Shown one piece after another: positions 17,861-27,331 of a DNA stretch of 32,000 bases. Position numbers and translations under genes: made by a program. The notes under the pieces were generated by a model. It saw only the letters and a list, made by a program, of their open reading frames with translations, was not told where the DNA came from and did not search any database. The first letter of the stretch is position 1. Each line of letters opens with the position of its first letter. Source of the stretch: Microcystis aeruginosa NIES-843 (GTDB lineage: Bacteria; Cyanobacteriota; Cyanobacteriia; Cyanobacteriales; Microcystaceae); NCBI RefSeq assembly GCF_000010625.1, contig NC_010296.1:4110001-4142000 (forward strand). The letters run 5' to 3'.

Positions 17861-18010
17861 TTTGCGTTATCGACCTACCACGCAAACTACTCTAGCATAC
17901 TAAAATTAAATTGGCAACTATAGATTAGAGTTATTCTTAGTCGTGCTTCGCTGTTGTATGCTGGTCAGCTTTTCATCTCCGAGGTGAAACCGAGAGATGA
18001 AAAGCCGACA

Positions 18011-18301
18011 TTATAGGTAAAAAGCGATTTCTTTCTCCTTGAGAGGGGCAAAATCGGCGGCTAACAACAGCTGATTTAATTCCTCTTGGGGGATATGTTT
18101 GGCCCCGATGCGGACAATTCGCGATCTCATCGTGTTAGAAACCCCGCTTCTTTGTCGTCCTGCTTCCAAACCCATTACCCGGTGATAAAGTTCCAATTTT
18201 GCCGGGGGAATTGGGGAACCATCAAAATCAATACCATTAGCGATCGCCACATCAATGGCATCAGCGCCCGTAGTTGTGGTTAAATTAGTTTCGGTGGACA
18301 T
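18011..18301 (-). CDS. Hypothetical protein, 96 aa
   Basis: Uninterrupted ORF, divergent from blaI. No family recognised. Its last codons may lie inside the IS left end. Confidence 0.5.
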   Translation of the reverse strand: MSTETNLTTTTGADAIDVAIANGIDFDGSPIPPAKLELYHRVMGLEAGRQRSGVSNTMRSRIVRIGAKHIPQEELNQLLLAADFAPLKEKEIAFYL

Positions 18302-18390
18302 AAAGACAATATAAAGGATCGTTGCTATTTTATCAGGCGATCGATATCCGCCGCTATGATCAGGAAAGTAATCTTCATTTCTGTGTGACT

Positions 18391-18810
18391 ATGGCTCAAT
18401 TGCCGACCTATCAACCAAAACAGTTATCCCTGGGCCCCCTAGAAGCGGAAATTCTCAATATTGTCTGGGAATTGGAACCCGTTAGCGTTAAGGATGTCCA
18501 CGATCGCATTTTAGCGGATCCAGAACGGGATCTGGCCTATACTTCTGTGACTACGGTACTGCGTCGTTTAACTAATAAAGGCTGGTTAAGTTGTTATAAA
18601 CAGGGTCGGATTTTCTACTGGAAACCGATGGTTTCTAAGGAACAAGCACAGGCAATTAAAGCCTACGAACAATTACATCGTTTTTTGGCTATTGGTAATG
18701 CGGATGTGGTGGCTTCTTTTGCCGATAGTCTCGATACTGCTAGTGTCGAACAATTAAAAGCGATCGCCTCTCGTTTAGATACCCTTCGTCAACAACGGAG
18801 AGAAAGCTAA
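18391..18810 (+). CDS. BlaI/MecI/CopY-family transcriptional repressor
   Basis: LGPLEAEILNIVWELEPVSVKDVHDRI....AYTSVTTVLRRLTNKGWL is the winged-helix signature. ATG at 18391 is preferred over the track start at 18322. The stop overlaps the next ATG (TAATG). Confidence 0.8.
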   Translation: MAQLPTYQPKQLSLGPLEAEILNIVWELEPVSVKDVHDRILADPERDLAYTSVTTVLRRLTNKGWLSCYKQGRIFYWKPMVSKEQAQAIKAYEQLHRFLAIGNADVVASFADSLDTASVEQLKAIASRLDTLRQQRRES

Positions 18811-19658
18811 TGCACGGTTCAATGTTATTACTAGCATTAACTATCGCCATTGGTTTACGTTGGTTTCTGCCCAGCTATCAGCGTCGTTGGCAGATAACGC
18901 TATTTTTCTTCCTCTTTCCTCCTTTGCTGCTGTTAATGACAGTTATATCGGTGGTTTGTATGGGCTATCGCGGGCAAATGCTAGGCTATAACTCCAGTTT
19001 AATAAGTTACTTTAGTGCTATAATTTGGCTAGGTTTTGCTATATTTTGTTTGATAAAACTCTCCTATCAAACCTGGCAAACCCATCGGGATTTTAGCAGT
19101 TATCCCCTCAAAAAAATCACCGCTCAGAAAGCGAGAGTTTTAGCAGTGGATTTTCCCTACAGTGCCAGAGTTGGCTTCTGGAAGTCGGAATTAATTGTGA
19201 CGCAAGGATTATTAAATCTCTTAGATCAAGAACATTTACAAGCAGTTTTAGCCCACGAACAAGCTCACCAAGAATATCATGACACTTTCTGGTTTTTCTG
19301 GTTAGGTTGGCTGCGATCGATGTCTTCTTGGCTGCCCAATAGCGAGAATTTATGGTCAGAATTGGTCTTCTTGCGGGAATTACGCGCCGATAAGTACGCT
19401 TCCGGACAGGTGGATTATTTACTATTAGCTGAATCGCTGCTTTTAGTGGCAGAAAAAGTTAATCAAGTAGCGGAAATAAGTTTCTCCGATAGTTGCTGTG
19501 TCGCTCTCAATGATCATTCTTTAAATAATCGTTTATTAGAGAGAATCGATGCTTTAGTCGAGTCAGAAAACCCCGAACTTCCCAGATTTAACTATCAAGT
19601 CTGGCTATTGCTTTCCCTCTCCCTCGCTCCTTTCTTACTCTTGCCTTTACACTCCTAA
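18810..19658 (+). CDS. BlaR1-like M56-family membrane metalloprotease (no penicillin-binding sensor domain)
   Basis: Multiple TM helices, HExxH motif (LAHEQAHQ), and translational coupling to the BlaI-like gene. Confidence 0.7.
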   Translation: MHGSMLLLALTIAIGLRWFLPSYQRRWQITLFFFLFPPLLLLMTVISVVCMGYRGQMLGYNSSLISYFSAIIWLGFAIFCLIKLSYQTWQTHRDFSSYPLKKITAQKARVLAVDFPYSARVGFWKSELIVTQGLLNLLDQEHLQAVLAHEQAHQEYHDTFWFFWLGWLRSMSSWLPNSENLWSELVFLRELRADKYASGQVDYLLLAESLLLVAEKVNQVAEISFSDSCCVALNDHSLNNRLLERIDALVESENPELPRFNYQVWLLLSLSLAPFLLLPLHS

Positions 19659-19660
19659 AA

Positions 19661-20128
19661 ATGACCCTAGAAGTTGGACAAAAAGCCCCCGAATTTGCCA
19701 CCCCCAACCAAAGGGGGGAAATTAGTAAATTAGCAGATTTTGCCGGTCAATGGTTGGTCTTATATTTTTATCCCAAAGATAACACTCCGGGCTGCAGCGC
19801 AGAAGCGATCGATTTTACCGCTTTGTCGCCGCAATTTCAGCAATTAAATGCGGTAATTCTGGGAGTTAGTCCCGATTCAGAAAAGTCCCACTGTCGTTTT
19901 ATTGAAAAACACAATTTAACTATTCAATTATTGAGCGATCCCGAGCATCAACTGGCGGAAATTTATCAAGTCTGGGGATTAAAAAAATTTATGGGCAAGG
20001 AATATATGGGGATTAGACGCTCCACTTTCCTGATCGACCCCCGGGGAAATATTGCCTATATTTGGTCAAATGTCAAGGTAAAAGCCCATGCAGAAGCGGT
20101 TTTGAAAAAACTTGAGGAATTGCAGTAG
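19661..20128 (+). CDS. bcp: Thiol peroxidase Bcp/PrxQ-type peroxiredoxin
   Basis: WLVLYFYPKDNTPGCSAEA peroxidatic-Cys motif, 155 aa. Starts 2 nt after the BlaR1-like stop. Confidence 0.85.
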   Translation: MTLEVGQKAPEFATPNQRGEISKLADFAGQWLVLYFYPKDNTPGCSAEAIDFTALSPQFQQLNAVILGVSPDSEKSHCRFIEKHNLTIQLLSDPEHQLAEIYQVWGLKKFMGKEYMGIRRSTFLIDPRGNIAYIWSNVKVKAHAEAVLKKLEELQ

Positions 20129-20284
20129 GAAGCCCTCAGTACCCAATATTTACGGGTATGCAATTGCGCCCTTTCGTGTTAGACTAGAAAAGTTGTCAAA
20201 AATCGCACATCTAGGCGATCGGGTGTTTCTAGGAATCTAGAAATCCAGCCCTAGATGGAGGATAAACCCGAAAAGGAGAAAAAT

Positions 20285-21082
20285 ATGCCCGTTGTCTCTC
20301 TTGCAGAATTGCTAGAGTCTGGTGTTCACTTTGGCCATCAAACGCGCCGTTGGAACCCGAAAATGTCTCAGTACATCTACACTGCCCGGAATGGGGTTCA
20401 TATCATTGATTTGGTGCAAACTGCCCAATTAATCGAAGAAGCTTACGAATTTGTCCGAGGAGAAGCCGATCGCGGTAAACGCTTTTTATTCATCGGTACG
20501 AAACGGCAAGCGGCAGCAATCATTAAACAGGAAGCTTTACGCAGCGGTAGCCACTTCGTTAACCAACGCTGGTTAGGGGGAATGTTAACCAACTGGGAAA
20601 CCATTCGCGGCCGGGTAGAAAGACTCAAAGAATTAGAAGAATTAGAAAATAGCGGCGCCCTCGATAAACGACCGAAAAAAGAAGCATCGGTACTGCGTCG
20701 GGAATTAGGCAAACTAGAAAAATACCTCGGTGGCATTAAAACCATGCGCCGGCTGCCGGATTTAGTCGTCGTAGTGGATCAGCGTCGGGAATACAACGCT
20801 ATCCAAGAATGCCAAAAATTGGGCATTCCCATCATCTCCCTCTTGGATACTAACTGCGATCCTGACTTGGTAGATGTGCCGATTCCCGCCAACGATGACG
20901 CAATTCGCTCAGTCAAACTGATTTTAGGCAAAATTAGCGATGCGATCATCGAAGGTCGTCGCGGTGGTCAAGCAGCGGTGGAAGAATACGAGGAAGACTA
21001 CGATAATGAAACCGAGTACGAGGAAGAAGGTGATTATTCCCAATACGCCGCCGAATTTGCCAGTGGAGACGACGATAACTAG
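20285..21082 (+). CDS. rpsB: 30S ribosomal protein S2
   Basis: [27 protein letters not shown].... AAGGAG lies 7 nt upstream of the ATG at 20285. The track start at 20255 adds 10 unlikely residues. Confidence 0.95.
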   Translation: MPVVSLAELLESGVHFGHQTRRWNPKMSQYIYTARNGVHIIDLVQTAQLIEEAYEFVRGEADRGKRFLFIGTKRQAAAIIKQEALRSGSHFVNQRWLGGMLTNWETIRGRVERLKELEELENSGALDKRPKKEASVLRRELGKLEKYLGGIKTMRRLPDLVVVVDQRREYNAIQECQKLGIPIISLLDTNCDPDLVDVPIPANDDAIRSVKLILGKISDAIIEGRRGGQAAVEEYEEDYDNETEYEEEGDYSQYAAEFASGDDDN

Positions 21083-21198
21083 GGAAAATTAGCTATTGAT
21101 CGCAGCTAGGTTCGGGGGGAAACTTTCCGAGCCTATCGATCGGCAAAACCTGCCCCTCTCGTGGCATGATCAATTATAAGCAGTAGGTTAAGAATATT

Positions 21199-21954
21199 AT
21201 GGCGGAAATTACAGCACAACAGGTTAAAGAACTTAGGGAAAAGACCGGCGCCGGCATGATGGATTGTAAGAGGGCGCTGACGGAAAACGCGGGGGATATA
21301 ACTAAAGCGATCGAATGGTTGCGTCAAAAAGGGATTACTTCCGCCGAGAAAAAAGCTAGTCGGGTAGCGGCAGAAGGGATGATCGGCAGTTACATCCACA
21401 CCGGCAGCCGCATCGGTGTTTTAGTGGAAGTGAACTGTGAAACCGATTTTGTCGCCCGTCGCGAGGAGTTCAAAAAATTGGTTAATGACGTGGCCATGCA
21501 GATTGCCGCTTGTCCTAACGTCGAATATGTAAAAGTGGCCGATATTCCCGCCGAAATCGCCGCCAAAGAAAAAGAAATTGAGATGGGACGGGACGATTTA
21601 GCCAATAAACCCGATAATATCAAAGAAAAAATCGTGGCCGGCCGCATTGAAAAACGTTTGAAAGAACTTTCTCTGCTCGATCAACCCTTTATCCGCGATC
21701 AGAACATCAGTATTGACGAATTGCTTAAACAAGCGATCGCTGCTTTAGGAGAAAATATTCAGGTGCGTCGTTTCCAACGCTTTGTACTAGGTGAAGGGAT
21801 CGAAAAAGAAGAAACGGATTTCGCCGCCGAAGTAGCCGCCCAAATGGGACAAAAAGCCCCGGAACCGGTAGCAGCCGCCCCGCAAGTGGAGGAAAAAGCC
21901 CCGGAACCGGCAGCGAAGGATAATCCGCCCGCTAAAGGCAAAAAGAAAAAGTAA
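21199..21954 (+). CDS. tsf: Translation elongation factor Ts
   Basis: [27 protein letters not shown]... with a C-terminal Pro/Ala/Lys-rich extension. Confidence 0.95.
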   Translation: MAEITAQQVKELREKTGAGMMDCKRALTENAGDITKAIEWLRQKGITSAEKKASRVAAEGMIGSYIHTGSRIGVLVEVNCETDFVARREEFKKLVNDVAMQIAACPNVEYVKVADIPAEIAAKEKEIEMGRDDLANKPDNIKEKIVAGRIEKRLKELSLLDQPFIRDQNISIDELLKQAIAALGENIQVRRFQRFVLGEGIEKEETDFAAEVAAQMGQKAPEPVAAAPQVEEKAPEPAAKDNPPAKGKKKK

Positions 21955-22063
21955 GTTCAATGAAGATAAATCTGGTGGGGTGCGAGTTTCGTACCCTTTT
22001 TGTCTTCAGGGAATTATGAATTATTTGCACTCGTGGTCCCTAGAGGTTGTCGAACGGAAAAAA

Positions 22064-23971
22064 ATGCAGATTCAGGACAAAATCACCGAAATAGCCGCTA
22101 AAACAGCGAAAGCGATCGAACTTTCTCAAAATTATTTACTTTCTACCCAATACTCTGAGGGTTACTGGTGGGCAGAATTAGAATCTAATGTCACCATCAC
22201 CTCAGAAGCAATTTTACTGCACAAAATCTGGAAAACTGACAAAAATCGCCCCCTAGACAAAGCAGCCACCTATCTGCGTCAGCAACAGTGTCCTAACGGC
22301 GCTTGGGAGTTATTTTATGGTGATGGTGGCGATCTTAGCACCACTGTGGAAGCCTACATGGGGCTGCGACTATTGGGAATTCCCGCTAATGATCCTGCTT
22401 TAGAAAAAGCTAGAGAATTTATCTTAGCTAAAGGTGGCATCAGCAAAACCCGCATTTTCACCAAAATGCACCTCGCTTTGATTGGTTGTTACGATTGGCA
22501 GGGGGTTCCCTCTATCCCCGCTTGGATTATGCTACTGCCGGAAAATTTCCCTTTTACTATCTATGAAATGTCCAGTTGGGCGCGGGGAAGTACGGTTCCT
22601 TTATTAATTGTTTTCGACAAAAAACCCGTGTATAAAATGGGTTTTAATCTCGATGAACTCTATACAGAAGGGGTGAATAATGTCAAGTATGAGTTACCAA
22701 AAAATAACGATTGGGCGGATGTTTTCCTCTGGTTAGATGGGCTGTTTAAATGGGCAGAAAAAACTGATTTAGTTCCCTTCCGTCAAGAAAGTCTGAAAGC
22801 GGCGGAAAAATGGGTAATTGAACGACAGGAAGACACAGGCGATTGGGGGGGAATTATCCCGGCGATGTTAAATTCCCTATTAGCTTTAAAAGCCCTAGGT
22901 TATGATGTTTACGATCCGATTGTTGCCCGCGGTTTAAAAGCCGTGGATAATTTTGCCATTGAGACAGATAATACCTATTGTGTACAGCCCTGTGTGTCGC
23001 CGGTTTGGGATACGGCTTGGGTAATTCGATCGCTAATTGAATCCGGTCTAAATCCCGCTCATCCAGCTATGATTAAAGCGGGACAATGGTTAATCGATCA
23101 ACAAATTCTTGATTATGGCGATTGGGCGATTAAAAATAAAATCGGAACCCCCGGGGGTTGGGCTTTTGAATTTGACAATCGCTGGTATCCCGATTTAGAC
23201 GATTCGGCAGTGGTGGTGATGGCTTTAGAGTTAATTAAAATGCCCGATGAAAATATTAAAAAAGCTGTGATGAAACGGGCAGTTAATTGGATGGCTACTA
23301 TGCAGTGTAAAGCTGGTGGTTGGGGAGCTTTTGACATCGATAATGACCAAAACTGGCTTAATTCTTTGCCCTATGCCGATCTAAAAGCAATGATCGATCC
23401 TAATACAGCCGATGTTACCGCCAGAGTTCTAGAAATGTTAGGTACTTGTGATGTTAAAATGGAGGAAAATCGAGTTAAAAAAGCTTTGGATTATCTGGAA
23501 AAAGAACAGGAAGCTGATGGTAGTTGGTTTGGTCGTTGGGGTGTAAATTATATTTATGGAACCAGTGGGGCATTATCTGCTTTGGCTTTTCTGGAACCGA
23601 ATAAATATCGCCATCAATTGCAAAAAGGAGCCAATTGGTTAAGCAGTTGTCAAAATGTTGATGGTGGTTGGGGTGAAACCTGTTTTAGTTACAATAACCC
23701 TAAATTTAAAGGACAGGGAAATAGTACCGCTTCCCAAACTGCTTGGGCATTAATCGGTTTATTAGCCGTCGGGAAAGTCACCGGCAATTATCAGCGAGAA
23801 GTGATTGAAAAGGGCGTTAACTATCTTCTTGTTACCCAAAAAGAAAATGGTACATGGGATGAAGATTACTTCACCGGTACAGGTTTTCCCTGTCATTTTT
23901 ACCTGAAATATCATTTCTATCAGCAGTATTTTCCTCTACTGGCTTTGGGGCGTTATCGGGCTTTGATTTAG
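22064..23971 (+). CDS. shc: Squalene-hopene cyclase
   Basis: Repeated QW motifs, a DxDD-type motif (WYPDLDDSAVVV) and GGWG repeats. Start chosen at MQIQDK (22064), giving 635 aa. Confidence 0.9.
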   Translation: MQIQDKITEIAAKTAKAIELSQNYLLSTQYSEGYWWAELESNVTITSEAILLHKIWKTDKNRPLDKAATYLRQQQCPNGAWELFYGDGGDLSTTVEAYMGLRLLGIPANDPALEKAREFILAKGGISKTRIFTKMHLALIGCYDWQGVPSIPAWIMLLPENFPFTIYEMSSWARGSTVPLLIVFDKKPVYKMGFNLDELYTEGVNNVKYELPKNNDWADVFLWLDGLFKWAEKTDLVPFRQESLKAAEKWVIERQEDTGDWGGIIPAMLNSLLALKALGYDVYDPIVARGLKAVDNFAIETDNTYCVQPCVSPVWDTAWVIRSLIESGLNPAHPAMIKAGQWLIDQQILDYGDWAIKNKIGTPGGWAFEFDNRWYPDLDDSAVVVMALELIKMPDENIKKAVMKRAVNWMATMQCKAGGWGAFDIDNDQNWLNSLPYADLKAMIDPNTADVTARVLEMLGTCDVKMEENRVKKALDYLEKEQEADGSWFGRWGVNYIYGTSGALSALAFLEPNKYRHQLQKGANWLSSCQNVDGGWGETCFSYNNPKFKGQGNSTASQTAWALIGLLAVGKVTGNYQREVIEKGVNYLLVTQKENGTWDEDYFTGTGFPCHFYLKYHFYQQYFPLLALGRYRALI

Positions 23972-23984
23972 TCCGTTAACCTAT

Positions 23985-24027
23985 GCGTTAAGACAGGAAA
24001 TAAGCTTAACTGTCTAGCGCATTTTTT
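23985..24027. terminator. Hairpin plus T-run between convergent shc and the higA-like gene
   Basis: GCGTTAAGACAG (23985-23996) pairs imperfectly with CTGTCTAGCGC (24010-24020), and ATTTTTT follows. Confidence 0.45.
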
Positions 24028-24031
24028 GTGA

Positions 24032-24427
24032 CTAACTAGGAAAAAATAAATCAGGAGATATATTTAAAAAATTGGCTAATTTTTGAATATAGATAGGAGT
24101 TAACTCTTGTTGGCCATCAAGAATATCATCCAGGGTTGACTTGCTTTCAAAAATAGATAGCAAATCTTGCTTTTGTAGTTTTTTTTCCTCTAATATGAAT
24201 TTCAACAATTCAAGTCCATAAATATCAGGTATTGGCTCTTGATTTTCCTCATACTCATAAATTAAAGCCCCTAAAACATTTAGATATTCCCTTTCTTCTG
24301 CCGTTAATTGGGGTTTGTCTAACAGGCGATTAATAACCTCCTGCATCATTTCTAAGTCTTCCTCATCGTGAATAGGACGAGGAGGGTATTGCTTTAATAA
24401 TTCTAAGTATTTATCAGTGGCAAACAT
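24032..24427 (-). CDS. HigA-like HTH antitoxin (COG5499-type), with no adjacent toxin gene
   Basis: Pattern ...PPRPIHDEEDLEMMQEVINRLL......EYLNVLGALIYEYE... then an HTH region (LQKQDLLSIFESKSTLDDILDGQQELT). The 118 nt upstream contain no ORF. Confidence 0.6.
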   Translation of the reverse strand: MFATDKYLELLKQYPPRPIHDEEDLEMMQEVINRLLDKPQLTAEEREYLNVLGALIYEYEENQEPIPDIYGLELLKFILEEKKLQKQDLLSIFESKSTLDDILDGQQELTPIYIQKLANFLNISPDLFFPS

Positions 24428-24545
24428 AATTTAATAATATCTATGGTTGATCGACTATTGCCTTTAGATACCTCACACCTTAATAATTAAGTATAGAATA
24501 GCCAAGTCTCCAAACTACCGCTTAACCAAAACTTCTATTATCCTG

Positions 24546-25541
24546 ATGAGAAATCTCTATTTTCTTTTGCCCGGTACTACTTCTCCTTTTGGTGGGGGTG
24601 GACTGTGGGCAGAAATGAAAACCGTCAATTTGGCTAGTCAAATTTGTAGCGCCCAGATTGTGACTTATCGTCAAAAAGAGTTAAATTATCTTTTTTTAGA
24701 GGATATACTCGCGAAAATAAGCTCGGATGACAGTATTTTTGTGGTTAGCTGGGGTTTTGATGTTCCTAAATTGGTGCAAAGATTGCGATCGCATAATATC
24801 ATTTATCATGCCCATAGTACAGGTTACGGCTTTCGTTTACCCTCCCAAATACCAATTATCACCGTTAGCCGCCATACTATGGGTTATTGGGGAGAAAAGG
24901 CTCCTAATGCTTTAATTTACTATCTTCCTAATCAAATTGGCTCAGAATTTCTCAATTTAGGCTTAGAAAGAGATATCGATGTCCTAGTACAGGGGCGCAA
25001 ATCCTCAAAGTATCTTCTCAATCGTCTAGTTCCCGCCCTCCGTCCCCACTGCCGCGTTAAGGTTTTAGATAGCTATGTGGAGGATTTAGTGGGATTATTC
25101 AATCGCAGTCGGGTTTATCTCTACGATTCGGCTGAATATTGGGCTGTAAACGGTTTAACGGAGGGTTTTGGCTTACCGCCCCTGGAAGCTTTAGCCTGTG
25201 GTTGTACGGTATTTTCTAGTGTTAATAGCGCCCTAGCCGATTATCTCGATCCCGGTTTCAATTGTCAAAAAATCGGGGCTTATTCCAGTCAATACGATCT
25301 GGAACGTATTCTTAATTATGTCCGGAATTTTCCCGTTAATTCTTTACAGGCTAATTTTCTCGATGATTATAATCCCGAAAAATTACTACCACGTTTTGAA
25401 ACAATTTTAAGAGAAATTAATGATTTCTTTGATATTAAAAAACGCTATCCGGCTGATATAGAAGGTTTAGAACCCCTGCGACTTAAAAAATTATGGATAC
25501 AGAGTTCCCTCGCTAAACTTAAGAAAAAACTGTTTAAGTAG
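24546..25541 (+). CDS. Glycosyltransferase (GT-B, group 1-like)
   Basis: C-terminal TEGFGLPPLEALACGCTVFSS resembles the E-x-F-G-x-x-x-x-E-A motif of GT4 enzymes. Confidence 0.6.
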   Translation: MRNLYFLLPGTTSPFGGGGLWAEMKTVNLASQICSAQIVTYRQKELNYLFLEDILAKISSDDSIFVVSWGFDVPKLVQRLRSHNIIYHAHSTGYGFRLPSQIPIITVSRHTMGYWGEKAPNALIYYLPNQIGSEFLNLGLERDIDVLVQGRKSSKYLLNRLVPALRPHCRVKVLDSYVEDLVGLFNRSRVYLYDSAEYWAVNGLTEGFGLPPLEALACGCTVFSSVNSALADYLDPGFNCQKIGAYSSQYDLERILNYVRNFPVNSLQANFLDDYNPEKLLPRFETILREINDFFDIKKRYPADIEGLEPLRLKKLWIQSSLAKLKKKLFK

Positions 25542-25560
25542 CAGTGATATTTCCTTAATT

Positions 25561-25773
25561 AGGGTTTGCTGAAAAAGCTTTTCCTAGGGGCAGGGTGTGG
25601 GGTGTGGGGTGTGGGGTGTGGGGTTTTACCGATTTTCAGGTGGTCAATTACCTAATTTTCAGGGAAAAAGTCCAGGGATTTTCCCCCCAATCACTCCAAA
25701 GGTCGGCACTTTTTGAGGGAAAACAAGTCTAAAAGTCTTATCCAACAAGGTTTTTAGATTTATTCAGCAAACC
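25561..25773 (+). mobile_element. MITE family B, copy 2, 213 bp
   Basis: Ends are AGGGTTTGCTGAA...TTCAGCAAACC. 6-bp duplication TTAATT at 25555-25560 and 25774-25779. G tract at 25587-25624, with five G runs. Confidence 0.85.
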
Positions 25774-25846
25774 TTAATTATTCGCCAATTCAAAAATCAA
25801 ACTCACGACTTCTTAAGAGTTGACAGAGAAAGATCGATCGGCTATT

Positions 25847-25884
25847 CAGTTATCAGTGATCAGTGATCAGTTATCAGTGAACAG
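25847..25884. repeat. Heptamer array (CAGTTAT/CAGTGAT units)
   Basis: CAGTTATCAGTGATCAGTGATCAGTTATCAGTGAACAG, read directly. Confidence 0.85.
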
Positions 25885-26058
25885 GGATATCGGGAGAAAA
25901 AAGCTGATGGCTGACTCCCCAAAAGGAAAACTTTCTACTTCACCATTAAGATAACTGCTATATAATTATTTCTATAGTCATTTCAATTAAGATTGAGAAT
26001 ATCAATCCCAGAGTTCATAAGGACTTTGTCGGTCTAGACTGTATCAGACTTATCTGAA

Positions 26059-26994
26059 ATGACTATAACTCTTACCCCCAGGATATTTATGAAGCGAGGA
26101 ATTTACATTACCGCTAATGATCGAGTTATCGAGCAGGCGATCGCATTAATGAATAGTATTCGTTTGTACGATCCCGATTCTCCCGTTATCTTGATTCCCT
26201 ACGACAATAATTATCAAAAAATTGCCGATTTATTAGCAGAAAAATATGGCGTTATTCTCTATCCAGATCTGCAATTAGTGGAAGAATTGGCACAGAAAAT
26301 CTATGATATTTTTGGAGAAAAATTCTTTGCTCGTCCCAATCAATTTCGCAAGCAGGTGTGTTGGTTTGGAGAACTAGATCAATTTCTTTATATCGATACC
26401 GATATCGTAGTTTTTGAAAAAATAATAGATAATCTAAATTTCCTCGATACCTACGATTTTCTCTGCTGTGATTACCAACACAAAAAAGGGATTACTGATG
26501 TCTTTAATCCGCTTGTTTTAGAACAGGGAATCTTCACAGAAAATGATCTAACAGGGATGTTTAACGGTGGTTTTTGGGCTAGTAAAAAGAATCTGTTCTC
26601 AGAACAGGACTTATATAGTGCTTTTCAAGAATGTGCCGCTCATCCAGAATATTTTGATTTTTCTCAAAAAACCTCCGATCAACCGATTATTAATTATACC
26701 ATTCTCAAACGAGTTCCCAATCGATTTAATATTGTCCGCGCTCCGGGTTGTCAAGCGGGAAATTGGGGGGGAAGTTCTCATTTTCAACGTCAGGGGAATA
26801 TTTTAATCGATCCGAGATTAAATCAGCCCTTAAAATATTTACATTGGGCAGGAATTCGCATTGAACCGGGTTGTCCCTACTGGGATATCTGGAAATATTA
26901 TCGTTATCTAGATGATCCTAATCCCCCCGCAGATCCGCCAGCAAGCAAACCAAAAAATCCTTTTCAGAGATTATTAGATAAAATCAAATTATAG
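26059..26994 (+). CDS. Putative GT-A/GT8-like nucleotide-sugar transferase
   Basis: IYITANDR... and a DxD-like YIDTDIVVF motif. An alternative start is at 26089 (MKRGIYIT). Confidence 0.45.
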   Translation: MTITLTPRIFMKRGIYITANDRVIEQAIALMNSIRLYDPDSPVILIPYDNNYQKIADLLAEKYGVILYPDLQLVEELAQKIYDIFGEKFFARPNQFRKQVCWFGELDQFLYIDTDIVVFEKIIDNLNFLDTYDFLCCDYQHKKGITDVFNPLVLEQGIFTENDLTGMFNGGFWASKKNLFSEQDLYSAFQECAAHPEYFDFSQKTSDQPIINYTILKRVPNRFNIVRAPGCQAGNWGGSSHFQRQGNILIDPRLNQPLKYLHWAGIRIEPGCPYWDIWKYYRYLDDPNPPADPPASKPKNPFQRLLDKIKL

Positions 26995-27036
26995 GTTTGA
27001 TTTTTCCTCTCGCACCATTAAGATAACTGCTGCAAT

Positions 27037-27327
27037 TTAACTCCAATCCTGTTGCTCCTCGGTTTGGCGAATTTGATACACTTGTCCGTGACTGTGCAGT
27101 GGTCGAGTTTTTGCCCATAAACTAGCTTCATCTAACTGCCATTTTTCTAGGATTAAATCTAAATCTCTTTGGATTTCTCTTGCCCCCGGAAAGTTTTGAT
27201 AACGTATGCGTAAACGAGCGCATTCAGCTAAGTTTAAATCATTGGGTTCTGATTGCAGTAGCTGATCAACAATCGGGCGATCGAGTCTTTCCTGTGGATG
27301 TTGTTGTTCTTGATTTTTACTAGCCAT
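27037..27327 (-). CDS. Small conserved cyanobacterial protein (DUF3288-like)
   Basis: The true start is probably MASKNQEQQHPQERLDRPIV... at 27327. The track start at 27345 lies inside MITE B copy 3. Confidence 0.6.
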   Translation of the reverse strand: MASKNQEQQHPQERLDRPIVDQLLQSEPNDLNLAECARLRIRYQNFPGAREIQRDLDLILEKWQLDEASLWAKTRPLHSHGQVYQIRQTEEQQDWS

Positions 27328-27331
27328 AATT

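Larger units (their letters stand above)
16617..18016 (-). mobile_element. IS200/IS605-family element carrying tnpB only (no tnpA); ends approximate
   Basis: On the minus strand, TTAC (complement of 18017-18020) precedes the element. A perfect 12-bp-stem hairpin lies at 17968-18005. The other end finishes ...GGGAGTGTCAA (complement of 16617-16627). TTAC and TCAA are the IS608-type cleavage motifs as I remember them. Confidence 0.55.

Noticed and set aside
17968-18005. The 12-bp-stem hairpin as a rho-independent terminator of the 96-aa gene
   Set aside because: On the minus strand it is followed by TGACCAGC rather than a U-tract, and it sits where an IS605-type left-end hairpin is expected. 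This alternative is kept in mind, because the IS ends are not independently verified.
18322-22063. Longer N-terminal extensions offered by the ORF track for blaI (18322), rpsB (20255) and shc (21980)
   Set aside because: The family-typical N-termini begin at the internal ATGs (18391, 20285 with an AAGGAG upstream, and 22064). The extensions have no homologous counterpart that I know of.
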